Source: the human T2T-CHM13v2.0 reference genome, Homo sapiens. Taken from it: DNA of 64,000 bases. The DNA lies in assembly GCF_009914755.1 (NCBI RefSeq), contig NC_060925.1. One strand, 5' to 3'. The position numbers and the translations under genes are program-made. Shown in pieces: positions 13,911 through 32,153 of this stretch (position 1 is the first letter of the stretch; each line of letters begins with the position of its first letter). The notes below the pieces were generated by a model that was not told where the DNA came from, ran no database searches, and saw only the letters and a program-made list of their open reading frames with translations.

Positions 13911-14747
13911 TATTCCTTCAGTTTTTTTCTGTCCTCCCTGCCCTTAATACTTTGGGGACTGGAATTATGTGTATATTAGCCTGCTTGAAGTTGTTACACA
14001 ATTCATTAAAGCTCTGTTTGTCTTTTTTGTTTTAGTATTTTATTTTTCTCTGTGATTTATTTTGGATAGTTTCTATTGCTGTATCTTTAAGTTCACTACC
14101 AATCTTTTCCTCTGCAATGTTTAATCTGCCATTAATCCTGTCCATTGTATTTTTCATTTGGGTCATTGTTTTCATCTTTAGAAGTTTAATTTGGTTCTCT
14201 TTTATATCTTTCATGTTTCTAATTAACATGTTTAATTTTTCTTCTAGCTTTTTAAACATCTGGAATTCTGTTATAATTGTGTTAATGACCTTGTCTACTA
14301 ACGCTATTATCTGTGTCATTTATGTGTTAGTTTTGACTAATTGGGTTTTTCAAATACCATATTATCAATCATATGAGTTGCAAGACTGATAATATTTTTT
14401 ATTGGATGCCAGATATTATGAATTTTACCTCTCTCAGAGCTGAGATTTTTTATTCCTATAAATATTTTTGAGTCTTATTTTAGGACATTGTTAAATTATT
14501 TAGAAACAGTTTAACCCTTGAGCTTTATTTTAGGACATTGTTAAATTATTATTATTATTGTTATTGTTATTTTCAAGATAGGGTCTTACTCTGTCACCCA
14601 GGCTGGAGTGCAGTGGAGTGATCTTGGCTCACTTCAACCTCCACCTCCTGGGTTCAACTGATTCTCTGCCTCAGCCTCCTGAGTAGCTGGGACTACAGGT
14701 GCATGCCACCACTCCTGCCTAATTTTTGTATTTTTAGTAGAGATGGG

Positions 14748-17040
14748 TGTATTAGTCCGTTTTACACTGCTGATAAAGACATACCAGAGACTTGGCAATT
14801 TACAAAAGAAAGAAATTTAATGGACTTTCAGTTCCATGTGGCTGGGGAAGCCTCACCCTCATGGTGGGAGGTGAAAAGCCCTGTCTCACACAGCAGCAGA
14901 TAAGAGAAGTGTTGTGCAGGGAAATTCTCATTTTCAAAATCATTAGATCTCATGAGACTCATTCACCATCACAAGAACAGCACAGGAAAGACCCTCCCCC
15001 ATAATTCAATCACCTCCCACTGGGTTCCTCTCACGACATGTAGGAATTGTGGGAGTTACAATTCAAGATGAGATTAGGGACACAGTCAAACCATATTGTT
15101 TCATCCCTGACCCCTCCCAAATCTCACGTCCTCACATTTCAAAACCAATCATACTTCCCCAACAGTCCCCCAAAGTCTTAACCCAAATTCCACAGTCCAA
15201 AGTCTCATCTGAAATAAGGCAAGTCCCTTCCGCCTATGAGCCTGTAAAATCAAAAGCAAGCTAATTACTTCCTAGATACAATGGGGGTACATTGGTTTTG
15301 GGTAAATACAGGTATTACAGGTATTGGGTAAATACAGCCATTCCAAATGGGGGAAATTGGCCAAAACAAAGGGGTTACAGGGCCTATGCAAGTCTGAAAT
15401 CCAGCGGGGCAGTCAAATTTTAAAGCTCCAAAATGATTTCCTTTGACTCCAGGTCTCACATCCAGGTCATGCTGATGCAAGAGGTGGGTTCCCATGGTCT
15501 TGGGCAGCTCTGCCTCTGTGGCTTTGCAGGGTACCGCCTCCCTCATAGCTGCTTTCAGGGGCTGGCATTGAGTGCTTGTGGCTTTTCCAGGTGCATGGTG
15601 CAAGCTGTCAGTGGATCTACCATTCTGGGGTCTGGAGGATGGTGGCCTTCTTCTCACAGCTCCACTGGGTGGTACTCCAGTAGGGACTGTGCTTGGGGGT
15701 TCCAACCCCACATTTCCCTTCTGTGCTGCCCTAGCAGAGGTTCTCCATGAGGAACCTGCTCCTGCAGCAAGCTTCTGCCTGGTCATCCAGGTGTTTCCAT
15801 ACATCTTCTGAACTCTAGGAAAAGGTTACCAAACCCCAGTTCTTGACTTGTGTGTACTCACAGGCTCAACACCACATGGAAGCTGCCATGGTTTGGGGCT
15901 TGCACCCTCTGAAGCCACAGCCAGAGCTCTATGTTGGACCCTTCAGCCATAGCTGGAGCAGCTTAGATGCAGGACACCAAGTCCCTAGGCTGCACACAGC
16001 ATGGGGACCCTGGGTCCAACCTGTGAAACCATTTTTTCCTCCTAGGCCTCTGGGCCTGTGTTGGGAGGGGCTGCCATGAAGGTCTCTGACATGGCCTGGA
16101 GACATTTCACCATTGTCTTGGGGATTAACATTCGGCTCCTTATTACTTATGCAAATTTCTGCAACTGGCTTGAATTTCTTCTTAGAAAATGCTATTTTAT
16201 TTTCTATGGCATTGTCAGGCTGCAAATTTTCTGAACTTTTATGGTCTGTTTCCCTTATAAAACTGAATGCCTTTAACAGCACACGAGTAACCTCTTGAAT
16301 GCATTGCTGCTTAGAAATTTCTTCCACCAGGTACCCCAAATCATCCCGCTCAAGTCCAAAGTCCCACAAATCTCTAGGGAAGGGACAAAATGCCACCAGT
16401 CTCTTTGCTAAAACATAACAAGAGTCACCTTTGCTCCAGTTCCCAACAAGTTCCTCATCTCCATCTGAGACCATCTCAGACTGGATTTCATTGTCCATAT
16501 CATTATCAGCATTTTGATCAAAGCCATTTAACAAGTCTCTAGGGAGTTCCAAACTTTCCCACATTTTCCTGTCTTCTTCTGAGCCATCCAAACTGTTCCA
16601 ACCTCTGCCTGTTACCCAGTTCCAAAGTTGCTTTCACATTTTCAGTTATCTTTTCAACAACGCCCTACTCTACTGGTACCAATTTACTGTCTTAGTCCAT
16701 TTTCATGCTGCTGATAAAGACATACCTGAGACTGGGCAATTTACAAAAGAAGGAGATTTAATGGACTTACAGTTCTATATGGCTGGGGAGGCCTCACTAT
16801 CATGGTAGAAGGTAAAAGGCACATCTCACATGGCAGCAGACAAGAGAAGATCTTGTGCAGGAAAACTCCTGTTTCTAAAACCATTAGATCTCGTGAGACT
16901 CGTTCACTATCACAAGAACAGCACAGGAAAGACCCACCCCCATAATCCCATCATCCCCCACCAGGTTCCTCCCACAACACATGGGAATTGTGGGAGTTAC
17001 AATTCAAGATGAGATTTGGGTGGGGATACAGCCAAACTAT
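14748..17040 (-). mobile_element. Two-LTR THE1 (THE1A-like) MaLR element; LTRs 14748-15098 and 16688-17040
   Basis: Two direct THE1 LTR copies in reverse orientation (TGTATTAGTC...CAAACCATAT) flank about 1.6 kb of THE1 internal sequence. Confidence 0.95.
15929..16591 (-). pseudogene. THE1-internal (MaLR gag-like) ORF remnant, 220 aa
   Basis: EEDRKMWESLELPRDLLNGFDQNAD...GNWSKGDSCYVLAKRL is the typical MaLR internal ORF peptide, on the sense strand of the element. Confidence 0.75.
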
Positions 17041-17703
17041 GCTATGTTTGCCAGGCTCATCTCAAATTCCTAGGCTCAAGTGATTCACTGGCCTAAGCCT
17101 CCCAAAGTGCTGGGATTACATATGTGAGCCATCGTGCCTGGCGAACTATTTAGAAACAGTTTGTTGTTAAGTTTTGTTAGGCTGGAATATAGCAGCATGT
17201 AGTCAGAAGGTAATTTTTTCTTATCTTGAGACAAAATCCTTCTGAGTACTCTAACTAAAGCTCCATGATTATTAGGTTTTCCACTCTAGCTTGTGGGACT
17301 GCTCCATCTAATCCTTTCCAGTGGGTTTTTCCCTGTCTTGGTTACTTCATCACGTGCATGTGCTGATTAACGTTCAGATTAATACTTGAGAAGAACACTA
17401 CCCAGACATCTAGAATTCTCGCTGTGTTCAGCTCTTTTCTCTCTGGTTACCCTGCCCTCAAAATCTAGCCATGTTGTTCTCCCTCCAACTCCTAGCTCTG
17501 TCTCCTCAACTCAGGAAGACTGCCATACTCCACCTGAATTTCCCCATTTTTGCCCTGGCTGAGCATGTTCTCTGGGCTGTAAGCTAGGATAATTGTAGGG
17601 CTCACCTTGTTTGTCTCCCATCTCTCGAGCATCATTTTCCTTCATTGCTTCATATCTGATGTCTCATGAAGCAATGTTTCATGTATTTTCTTTGACTTCT
17701 TAG

Positions 17704-18083
<380 letters not shown>

Positions 18084-18779
18084 AGAAGCCTCCATGTCTT
18101 GAACAGCCAAATGTCACAGTGGTCTAAGCTAATAGTTTATTTAACAATGTAGTTAAAAATCTTGCTAGGCTTAATACTTTAAAAATGCAGTAGGCTTCTT
18201 ATCTGTTTGCTCAGTTCCATGTGCCAGTGACCACATCCTAAATATTTTTGAGGCATAGTTTTCAGATTCGCTTTATTTATTTGCTTTTTCATCCTTTGTC
18301 CTTCAGCTTAATAGTAGTTGTCTTGAGGATTTCAGACTTGACAGTGAGAATCTGAATGTGATGACTTTTGCCAACAACGAGGTTTATGGGGCACTTTTCT
18401 TTAAAATCTTTTGTTGTTGTTACTATCTCATACTCTTTGAGGTTGACAAGTATTTGCTCCCAAACCTGCATGGCCTCAAATATCTGTTTTCTGTCTGTTC
18501 CTTTTCATTTCTGCTTGCAAATCAGCGAATTTTTTCTGAGTTTATAATTTTCTTATAATATTTTGACAAAGCTTGAGCAATAGCTGATATTCACTTCTAA
18601 TTATTGTCTCTTCTAATCTCTTCTGCTAAGCATATGATCTGTTCTGCTGCCCAAGTTACCACAAGTGACGATTTCACTTTTTTCCCTCACTGAATAACAT
18701 CAATTTCTTTCTTTCATCTCATGTCAATTTTCTCACTGCCTGTTTCCCACAGCATACATTTTAAGCTTTTAGTTTTAGC

Positions 18780-19131
18780 AACACCTCATTTCAAAAATTA
18801 ATAGCTGAAGTAGGATAATGTAAGTTCCACAAGAGGAAGATGCTAAAATCTGAAAGACTTAACAAAATAAATTTAATTTTCCTTTGCTAAATTTGATGTG
18901 GATCGGCAGTCTTCCTCAAGCTTGTAGCTATGCCATCTGGAATATGTGCCTTTCAGATTGGCCAACGCAGGGGAAGATAGAGATGCAGAAGCACATCATT
19001 TCATAACTACATCAGTCATTTTTACTCACAGTCCATTGGCCAGAATTTGTCACATGGCCCCAGTCTAACTACAGAGCTATACCACACTAATAACTTAGTA
19101 TGGAGCCACTCGCATTTTTCTCTGTGGTCAC
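18780..19131 (-). mobile_element. Ancient MLT1-type LTR fragment
   Basis: TCACAGTCCATTGGCCAGAATTTGTCACATGGCCCCAGTCTAACT resembles old MLT1 (J/K/L) LTRs. Confidence 0.55.
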
Positions 19132-19139
19132 ATCCTTCC

Positions 19140-21535
19140 GTATATAAATAATATATTCATAAATATATATTTAGAAATATAGCATTTTACCATTGTTTAT
19201 TTTATAATAATGGAATGAGATTTATACTTTTCTGCTTTCTTTATACCAAACATCTACTGAAAATCTCTCCAAAACAACTGCTAGACTTCTAATTCATTCT
19301 TTTTAATGGCTCCACAGTATCCCATTATGTAGTTGTATCATAATTCACTCTATCATTCCTATCCTGAGGTACATTTACTTAACTATTTTATATTATTGCC
19401 AGTATCAACAATGCTCCAATATATCTGTTCATACAAAATTCATTTTTTAAAAATTGATGGCTTTCACTTCATGGCACAGATGTCCAGGAGTGGGATTTAT
19501 TGAGTTAAAATGCGCATGTTTTATAAATTTCTATATTTTGTTAGATTGGTATCCATCTGAAACTATTCACATTTTCACCAGCAATTTATAAAAGAACTCT
19601 TGTCTCAATGAACCTGACAACAATTGATGTTTCAACACTTTCTAATTTTTCAGTCTAATGAGGAGTAAAAAGACGTCAGGGAAATGCAAATTAAAGTAAG
19701 AACATTTCATATGTTGGTTGCCCATTTGTTTGCCTCTTCACATTCTTTGTTATTGGGCTTCACATCCCATTTTTGCCATTTAGTAAGAGCTTTTGATTAT
19801 TATAGTTAGTAAATATCTGTTGATCTGCATTGTAAATATATTTCCCAAATCAATTTTGTAAATTATTGGATTTTTTCTTATATATGAAATTTATTTATTA
19901 TGTAACATACCTAACATTATAATACATAATATAATATATGATTATCTTGCCATTCAAAAAGTTTAAGTTTCATTTGTTCAAAAAAGTCTTTTATGAAGAC
20001 AAAAATGTTTTTCCTGCCCCTGGATTGTACTTGATTGTATACTAGATTTTCTTGCCATATTTTATTTCTTAAACTTATTTAATGTTTTAATCTGTATGAA
20101 AACGATTTTGTATAAAATAGGGTTTAATTTTATTTTTATTCTGATAGGTAGATTTCTATGGCAGCACTATTTACTAAATAATTCATTATTTTCCCTCTTA
20201 TTTAAATATCAAATTAAGTATTTTCTGGACTTCTCTATTCTGTTCTACTGATCCATTTGTTTCTTCTTATGCCTATGACCATATTAATTTGATTTCCATT
20301 TTTAATAGTATACTCACTATCTATCAAAATTTGTTTGACTATTCTCAGAAATGTTTGCTTTCTTATAGACTTTGAAGTCTTTTTATCTGCTTCCTCCAAA
20401 CCCCTGTAAGGATTGAAATGGAGATTACATTTAAGTAATAGTTTTTGGCAAATTAACATTTTCATTATTTCAGATCTTTCCATAAAAGAACATTGAAAGG
20501 CTTTCCGTTTATTACATTTATTTTATATCTAGCAACAGATTTTACATTTTCTTCATATAGAACCTGTTCCTTTAAAAAAATTATCTCCAAGTATTCTATA
20601 GTTTCCTCTATGTGTCTTACTTGCTAAAATCTAGCACCGCAATAATGTTCAATGATAACAGAATTTGCACTTACCCCTATCTTGTTCCTAAATTTTATTG
20701 AAATTGATTTAGTGTTTTGCCATTTGGGACGACCTTAGATGTTGGGTTTAATAAATTATCTTTTAAAAATTATAAATTACAGCTGTATTATAAAATAACT
20801 TTTTAGCAGCTAGTGATATAATTACATGGGTTTTTACTTTCAAATATTTGATATAATGGATTATCTTGATAGATAACAAAATAGTCTTTCATTCCTGCAA
20901 TGAGACATACCTTTAAAAATATATGTTTGTTCTTTTCATGTATCACAAATTGTATTTGGTAATACTTAATGTTTTTTTTATAGCTACCTGCTGGTGCAAT
21001 TGGCCTTATTTTTCCTCCCTTTGCAATATTATTGTTAGGCTTTGATATCAAAACTATGCAGGTTTTGTTAAAAAAATTAAAGAATTTTAAAACCTTTTCC
21101 TATGACCTGAAATAGTAACACTATCATCGAACTTAACTATTTTTAAATGGTTAGATAAAACTTAGTTATGAATTCATCTGCTCCTGGTACTGTTTGTAAT
21201 GGTAAATCTTTAATCATTTGACAATCTCATTTATGGTAATTGATCCATGGATGTTTTCCATTTCTTCCTGTGTCATCATTGGTAATTTTATTTTTCTAGG
21301 AAATTATTCTTGCTTTGACTTTTTCAAATTTGTTGTTTAGAGTTGTGGGAAATATTATTTTGTAATTATTTTCAGCTTTAATTAGTCTATGATGTCTCCT
21401 TTTTAACTTCTGATCATTATCCCTTCTTGCTTTACCTTTTTTGCCCTTAAGCAGTTAGTGAGATAATTTAATTATATTACTATCTTTTTCTTTTTTTAAA
21501 ATTTATTTTTTGGGGTTCTTATCATTCTTCAAACA
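19140..21535 (-). mobile_element. Ancient L1ME 3'/ORF2 fragments
   Basis: Degenerate reverse L1 3'UTR and ORF2 motifs (TTTTAATGGCT, GGAGTGGGATT, CTATCTTGTTCCTAAATTTTA). Confidence 0.7.
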
Positions 21536-21823
21536 ATTTTTATTTCTAGAAACAGGGTCTTGCTCTGTTACCCAGACTATAGTTGTGCAGTGGCACAATC
21601 TTAGCCTACTGCAGCCTTGAACCCTGCCTCAGCCTCTAGAATAGCTGGGACCATACGTTCCATCGCACCCAGCTAATTTAAGCTTTTTTTATGTGTGTGT
21701 GTAGAGATGGGATCTCACAAAAAATTTTGCCCAGGCTAGTCTCAAACTCCTGACATCAAATGATCCTCCCATCTCAGCCTCCCAAGTAGCTGGAATTACA
21801 GATGTGCACCATCATGTTTGTCC
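21536..21823 (-). mobile_element. AluJ (AluJo-like)
   Basis: Diverged dimeric Alu, ACAGGGTCTTGCTCTGTTACCCAG...GATCCTCCCATCTCAGCCTCCC. Confidence 0.88.
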
Positions 21824-22193
21824 TCATCTGTTCTTTTAATTTGCAAATTAGGTGTTTATTTAAACAAAGAAAGTCTATTATTTTCCTCTTAATGCTTCAT
21901 TTCCTTTTGTACCTCCTTCTTCTAGAAGTTCCATAATTCACATTTGGGGTTCCTGCTCTATCCTCTAAGTGTTTTGTATTTGTGTGTGTGTGTTTGTGCA
22001 TGTGTGTACATGTATAATTCCCATGTCTTTGAGATATTGTGGGGTACGCTGAGATATTACTTTACTTGATATTCTACATCACTAATTTTAGTCTCAGTGG
22101 TAACCATCCAATTCATCAACTAATTTACTAAATTACTCAGTTCAGAAATTATGGTTTTAGACACAAGAAGTACTTTGGGCTGCATTTAAATCT

Positions 22194-28946
<6,753 letters not shown>

Positions 28947-29689
28947 GGGCTGCATTTAAATCTATGTGTCTCCTTCAGCAGCTATGTGGAGTGTGCTATG
29001 CATTATGACCTGTCTTCTTCTCATGAGCTGATAGGCTCTCCTCAATTGATTATTTTTCATCACAAGTAAACTAGTTATTTAAATATTTCAATTTACTATA
29101 AGCCTACCCTATAGTAGAAGGTGAAGCAACCTTTACAAATAAAGGGCTGGCCCTTGTTGAAGTACCATGTGAAAACCCTCCTGCTGTGAGCTATTCTTTT
29201 CCAGTCCTGGGGACAATGAAAGTTCAACCTGCTTTGGTCCTCAGTTCTTTAAGGTCAGAAAACCAGGCACCTTCAATGGAATGAATGCCAATCTTCTTCC
29301 AAGGATCTATGCTGTTTTAGAAACAGAAACTCTTTTTCAAGATCCGCAGTCTTATAATCTTCACCTTGAGGATCTCTGTTTGATCTCCAGGTTCTCCCAG
29401 ACTACACAGAGAAAAAAAAATCCCTATATAAGTTTTCTCCTTTGAGTCCAAAGTCCAAAACTCCTTTGAGTTTTGCCAGCATGAGAGTGTATCAATCAGC
29501 TTTAGTGGTCTTGAAGCTCAGAAAGCAGAATAGACCACGGTTGAAAGAAGAGGGAAAACAAGCTACATTCAAGTTACCAGTTTGCTAGAAACTTCCTACT
29601 ATATTTGTAGAAATTATTGAAATTGAGAGGACACAGTAAGAGAGTGATGGGCACTGTGACATAGTGGGGCACTCCATCCAATTATTGCC

Positions 29690-29887
29690 AAGTGGGAAGG
29701 AAGACCTTGTGTTGCTACATCTCTCCATTTTTTTCAAGAAAAATCATAAATCTGGAATTTTATTTAATATCTTTTCTTTTCAAAATATTGAAGATTTGTG
29801 GAATTGTTTTTGCAAATACTGTGTGAACCAAACCAAACTTGTCTTTAGATTGGATTCAGCCTGCAGCATCCTAGGTTAGGATCTCTA
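29690..29887 (+). mobile_element. MER103C-like hAT-Charlie fragment
   Basis: TTTTTCAAGAAAAATCATAAATCTGGAATTTTAT...ACTGTGTGAACCAAACCAAAC...GGATTCAGCCTGCAG. Confidence 0.65.
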
Positions 29888-29942
29888 GAGTAGATGGTAT
29901 TTTGGATAACAGATGGACATCTCTAACTTTTAAATTCTGTAT

Positions 29943-30309
29943 TGATATGGTTTGGCTCTGTATCCCCGCCCAGACCTCATCTTGTAGCTCCCATAATTCC
30001 CACATGTTGTGGGCAGGACCTGGTGGAAGATGATTGAATCATGGGGGTGGGTCTTTCCCATGCTGTTCTCACGATAGTGAATGGGTCTCATGAGATCTCA
30101 TGGTTTTAAAAATGGGAGTTTCTCTGCACCAGCTCTATTTTGCCTGCTGCCATCTACGTAAGATGAGACTTGCTCCTCCTTGCCTTCCACCATGATTGTG
30201 AGGCCTCCCCAGCCATGTGGAACTGTAAGTCCAATAACCTTTTTTTTTTTTTCTAAATTGCCCAGTCTTGAGTATGTCTTTATCAGCAGCATTAAAATGA
30301 ACTAATACA
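29943..30309 (+). mobile_element. Solo THE1B-like LTR
   Basis: TGATATGGTTTGGCT...ACTAATACA termini; 5-bp flanks TGTAT and CATAT. Confidence 0.95.
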
Positions 30310-30344
30310 CATATGATGGAAGGCAACTGTCATGCTTTCTCCTT

Positions 30345-30462
30345 AGGCAAGTTCCTTGGAAACAGAGGCATGTCCTCTACTTAGTTTTTTATTGCCAAAT
30401 GTTCCAAGTATAGCAGAAAGTAGACACAGGACGTTTCGTAGGTGTTTGTGGAATGAAGAAAG
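30345..30462 (+). mobile_element. L2 3' end fragment
   Basis: GCAAGTTCCTTGG...TGTTTGTGGAATGAA resembles the L2 tail. Confidence 0.55.
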
Positions 30463-30703
30463 GCAATGCTTGGTGCCAGTGTCAGAGACTAATAGGTGAC
30501 TGGTCTGACTTTTGTGAATATAAACAGTACTGCAGTAAAGGAAGCTACTAATGTGGCAACTGAAAGTGTGAAGAGAGATGAGATATAGTGTCATGAACAA
30601 AAAAATTCCCTGAAATTGATTTCAATTAAGGTAAGCAGAATATGAAAGTATGTGCCTTCTGCAAAACCAGAATATTTTCAAAACTTTCAGCTGTCCAACT
30701 TAC

Positions 30704-30839
30704 CTGTGGCACGGAGCTAGCTGAACGATGAATCCTGCTTAATGAGGAATACAAGAAGTTTTGTCCCAACCATGAGGATTTGAAGATTTTATAGTATGAC
30801 AACCACCTGTATGCAAAGCTTTGTCTCCTGTGGTATAAC
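30704..30839 (-). other. Candidate 136-nt internal exon (probably non-coding)
   Basis: Minus strand: acceptor GTTCATCTTCAG|G and consensus donor CAG|GTAAGT, in unique sequence. Confidence 0.35.
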
Positions 30840-31914
30840 CTGAAGATGAACTCAAAACCATGAATTTTCATTTTTTTCCTATTTGCCATGCTTCTCAAAG
30901 AGTCTCTTGTAGGGAAAGGAAAACAATGAAATCATTATCCTATATTTTGCAAGCACAGAGTCTGAATACTATAATAGTGAAGAAATGATTGCCTGGAATA
31001 ACAACTCAAATGTGATTTCAAAATATGAGAGAGAAAGGCCAAAAACAGAATTTGAATTGCAAGCCTACTTAATTGTTGATTGGGCTCTAATGGTCTGTTC
31101 ACTGTACTACTGCCTATATGAACATGAGCCCTATTCCTAATTACAACCCATTTTTGTTGTTGTTATCTAGATGACATCAAGATGTGTGGGATTAAACAGA
31201 CAGTGCCATGCATACTGTGTAATGATTGTAGCAAAATGCCATGTTTTCTCAAGACCGTGGAGAGAGAGTGATTTCCTCAGTCAAAATATCAATGGCTAGA
31301 CTTTCAAGGCTGCTACCATTATACTGTTGTCATTCTGGAAACAACAACAACAACAAAATATCACTCTATTGAGTCAACAGACTGTCTTGAGCTTATCTTC
31401 AAACTCATATTATTTTACTCTGTAATTTCAAAATTTTTATTAAGTTTCTCTCTGGGAGAGTTTGAAACATGAGTTTTAAAACAGATTATTATTAACATCA
31501 GACTACTGAGTTCACTTATAGGAATATAGAGAAATAACACTACACATTTATATATAATCTGTCTACTTTCAAAGAAAGGATTTGAAGTAGGCTCTTCAGA
31601 GTAAATGAGCTAAATACAATCAGCTTTTTCTGTCTGGAAATTCAAGAATCTAACGAGTGCACCCAAAGAATGGCAAACATAGCATTTTCTTCAGGACTGT
31701 CACAGTGCCCTGCTTCCAAAGGATACGACACGCAAAGAGTTCACAGCTGTGCTGTCATCGCAAGTTTAAATTTAACACTGGTGATATCATAACCATGGAA
31801 TATAATTTTTTAAAAATATCACAGCTGAATTTTTAGATTACGTAGTATCATTAAGAAGTGAGCTCCACCAGGCTTGATAGAGACTACTGACATTTAAGAG
31901 CATACAATGAAGGA

Positions 31915-32153
31915 AATTTATTTAAAAATCAGCTGTGTCACATACTGTGTTAAGACTTTCATACCTATGATCTCACTTAGCCTCACAACAACCCCGTGAG
32001 CTAAGTAGCATTATTCTTATTCTGTACGCTAGCAACTTAAGATTTGAAGAGGTTAAATACCTTCTCCAGGATCACACAGATGGTAAATGACTGAACAAGG
32101 AGACTCACCCAAGTCTTCCTGATTCCAAAGCATGTGCTCTTTCCATTACACAT
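31915..32153 (-). mobile_element. MIR SINE
   Basis: CCTCACAACAACCCCGTGAG...GAGGTTAAATACCTTCTCCAGGATCACACAG...CTGATTCCAAAGC. Confidence 0.85.

Larger units (their letters stand above)
14551..17142 (-). mobile_element. AluJb-like element split by a THE1 insertion (14551-14747 and 17041-17142)
   Basis: The right arm ends at AGAGATGGG and the left arm resumes at GCTATGTTTGCCAGGC; short TSD AATTATT/AACTATT. Confidence 0.9.
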
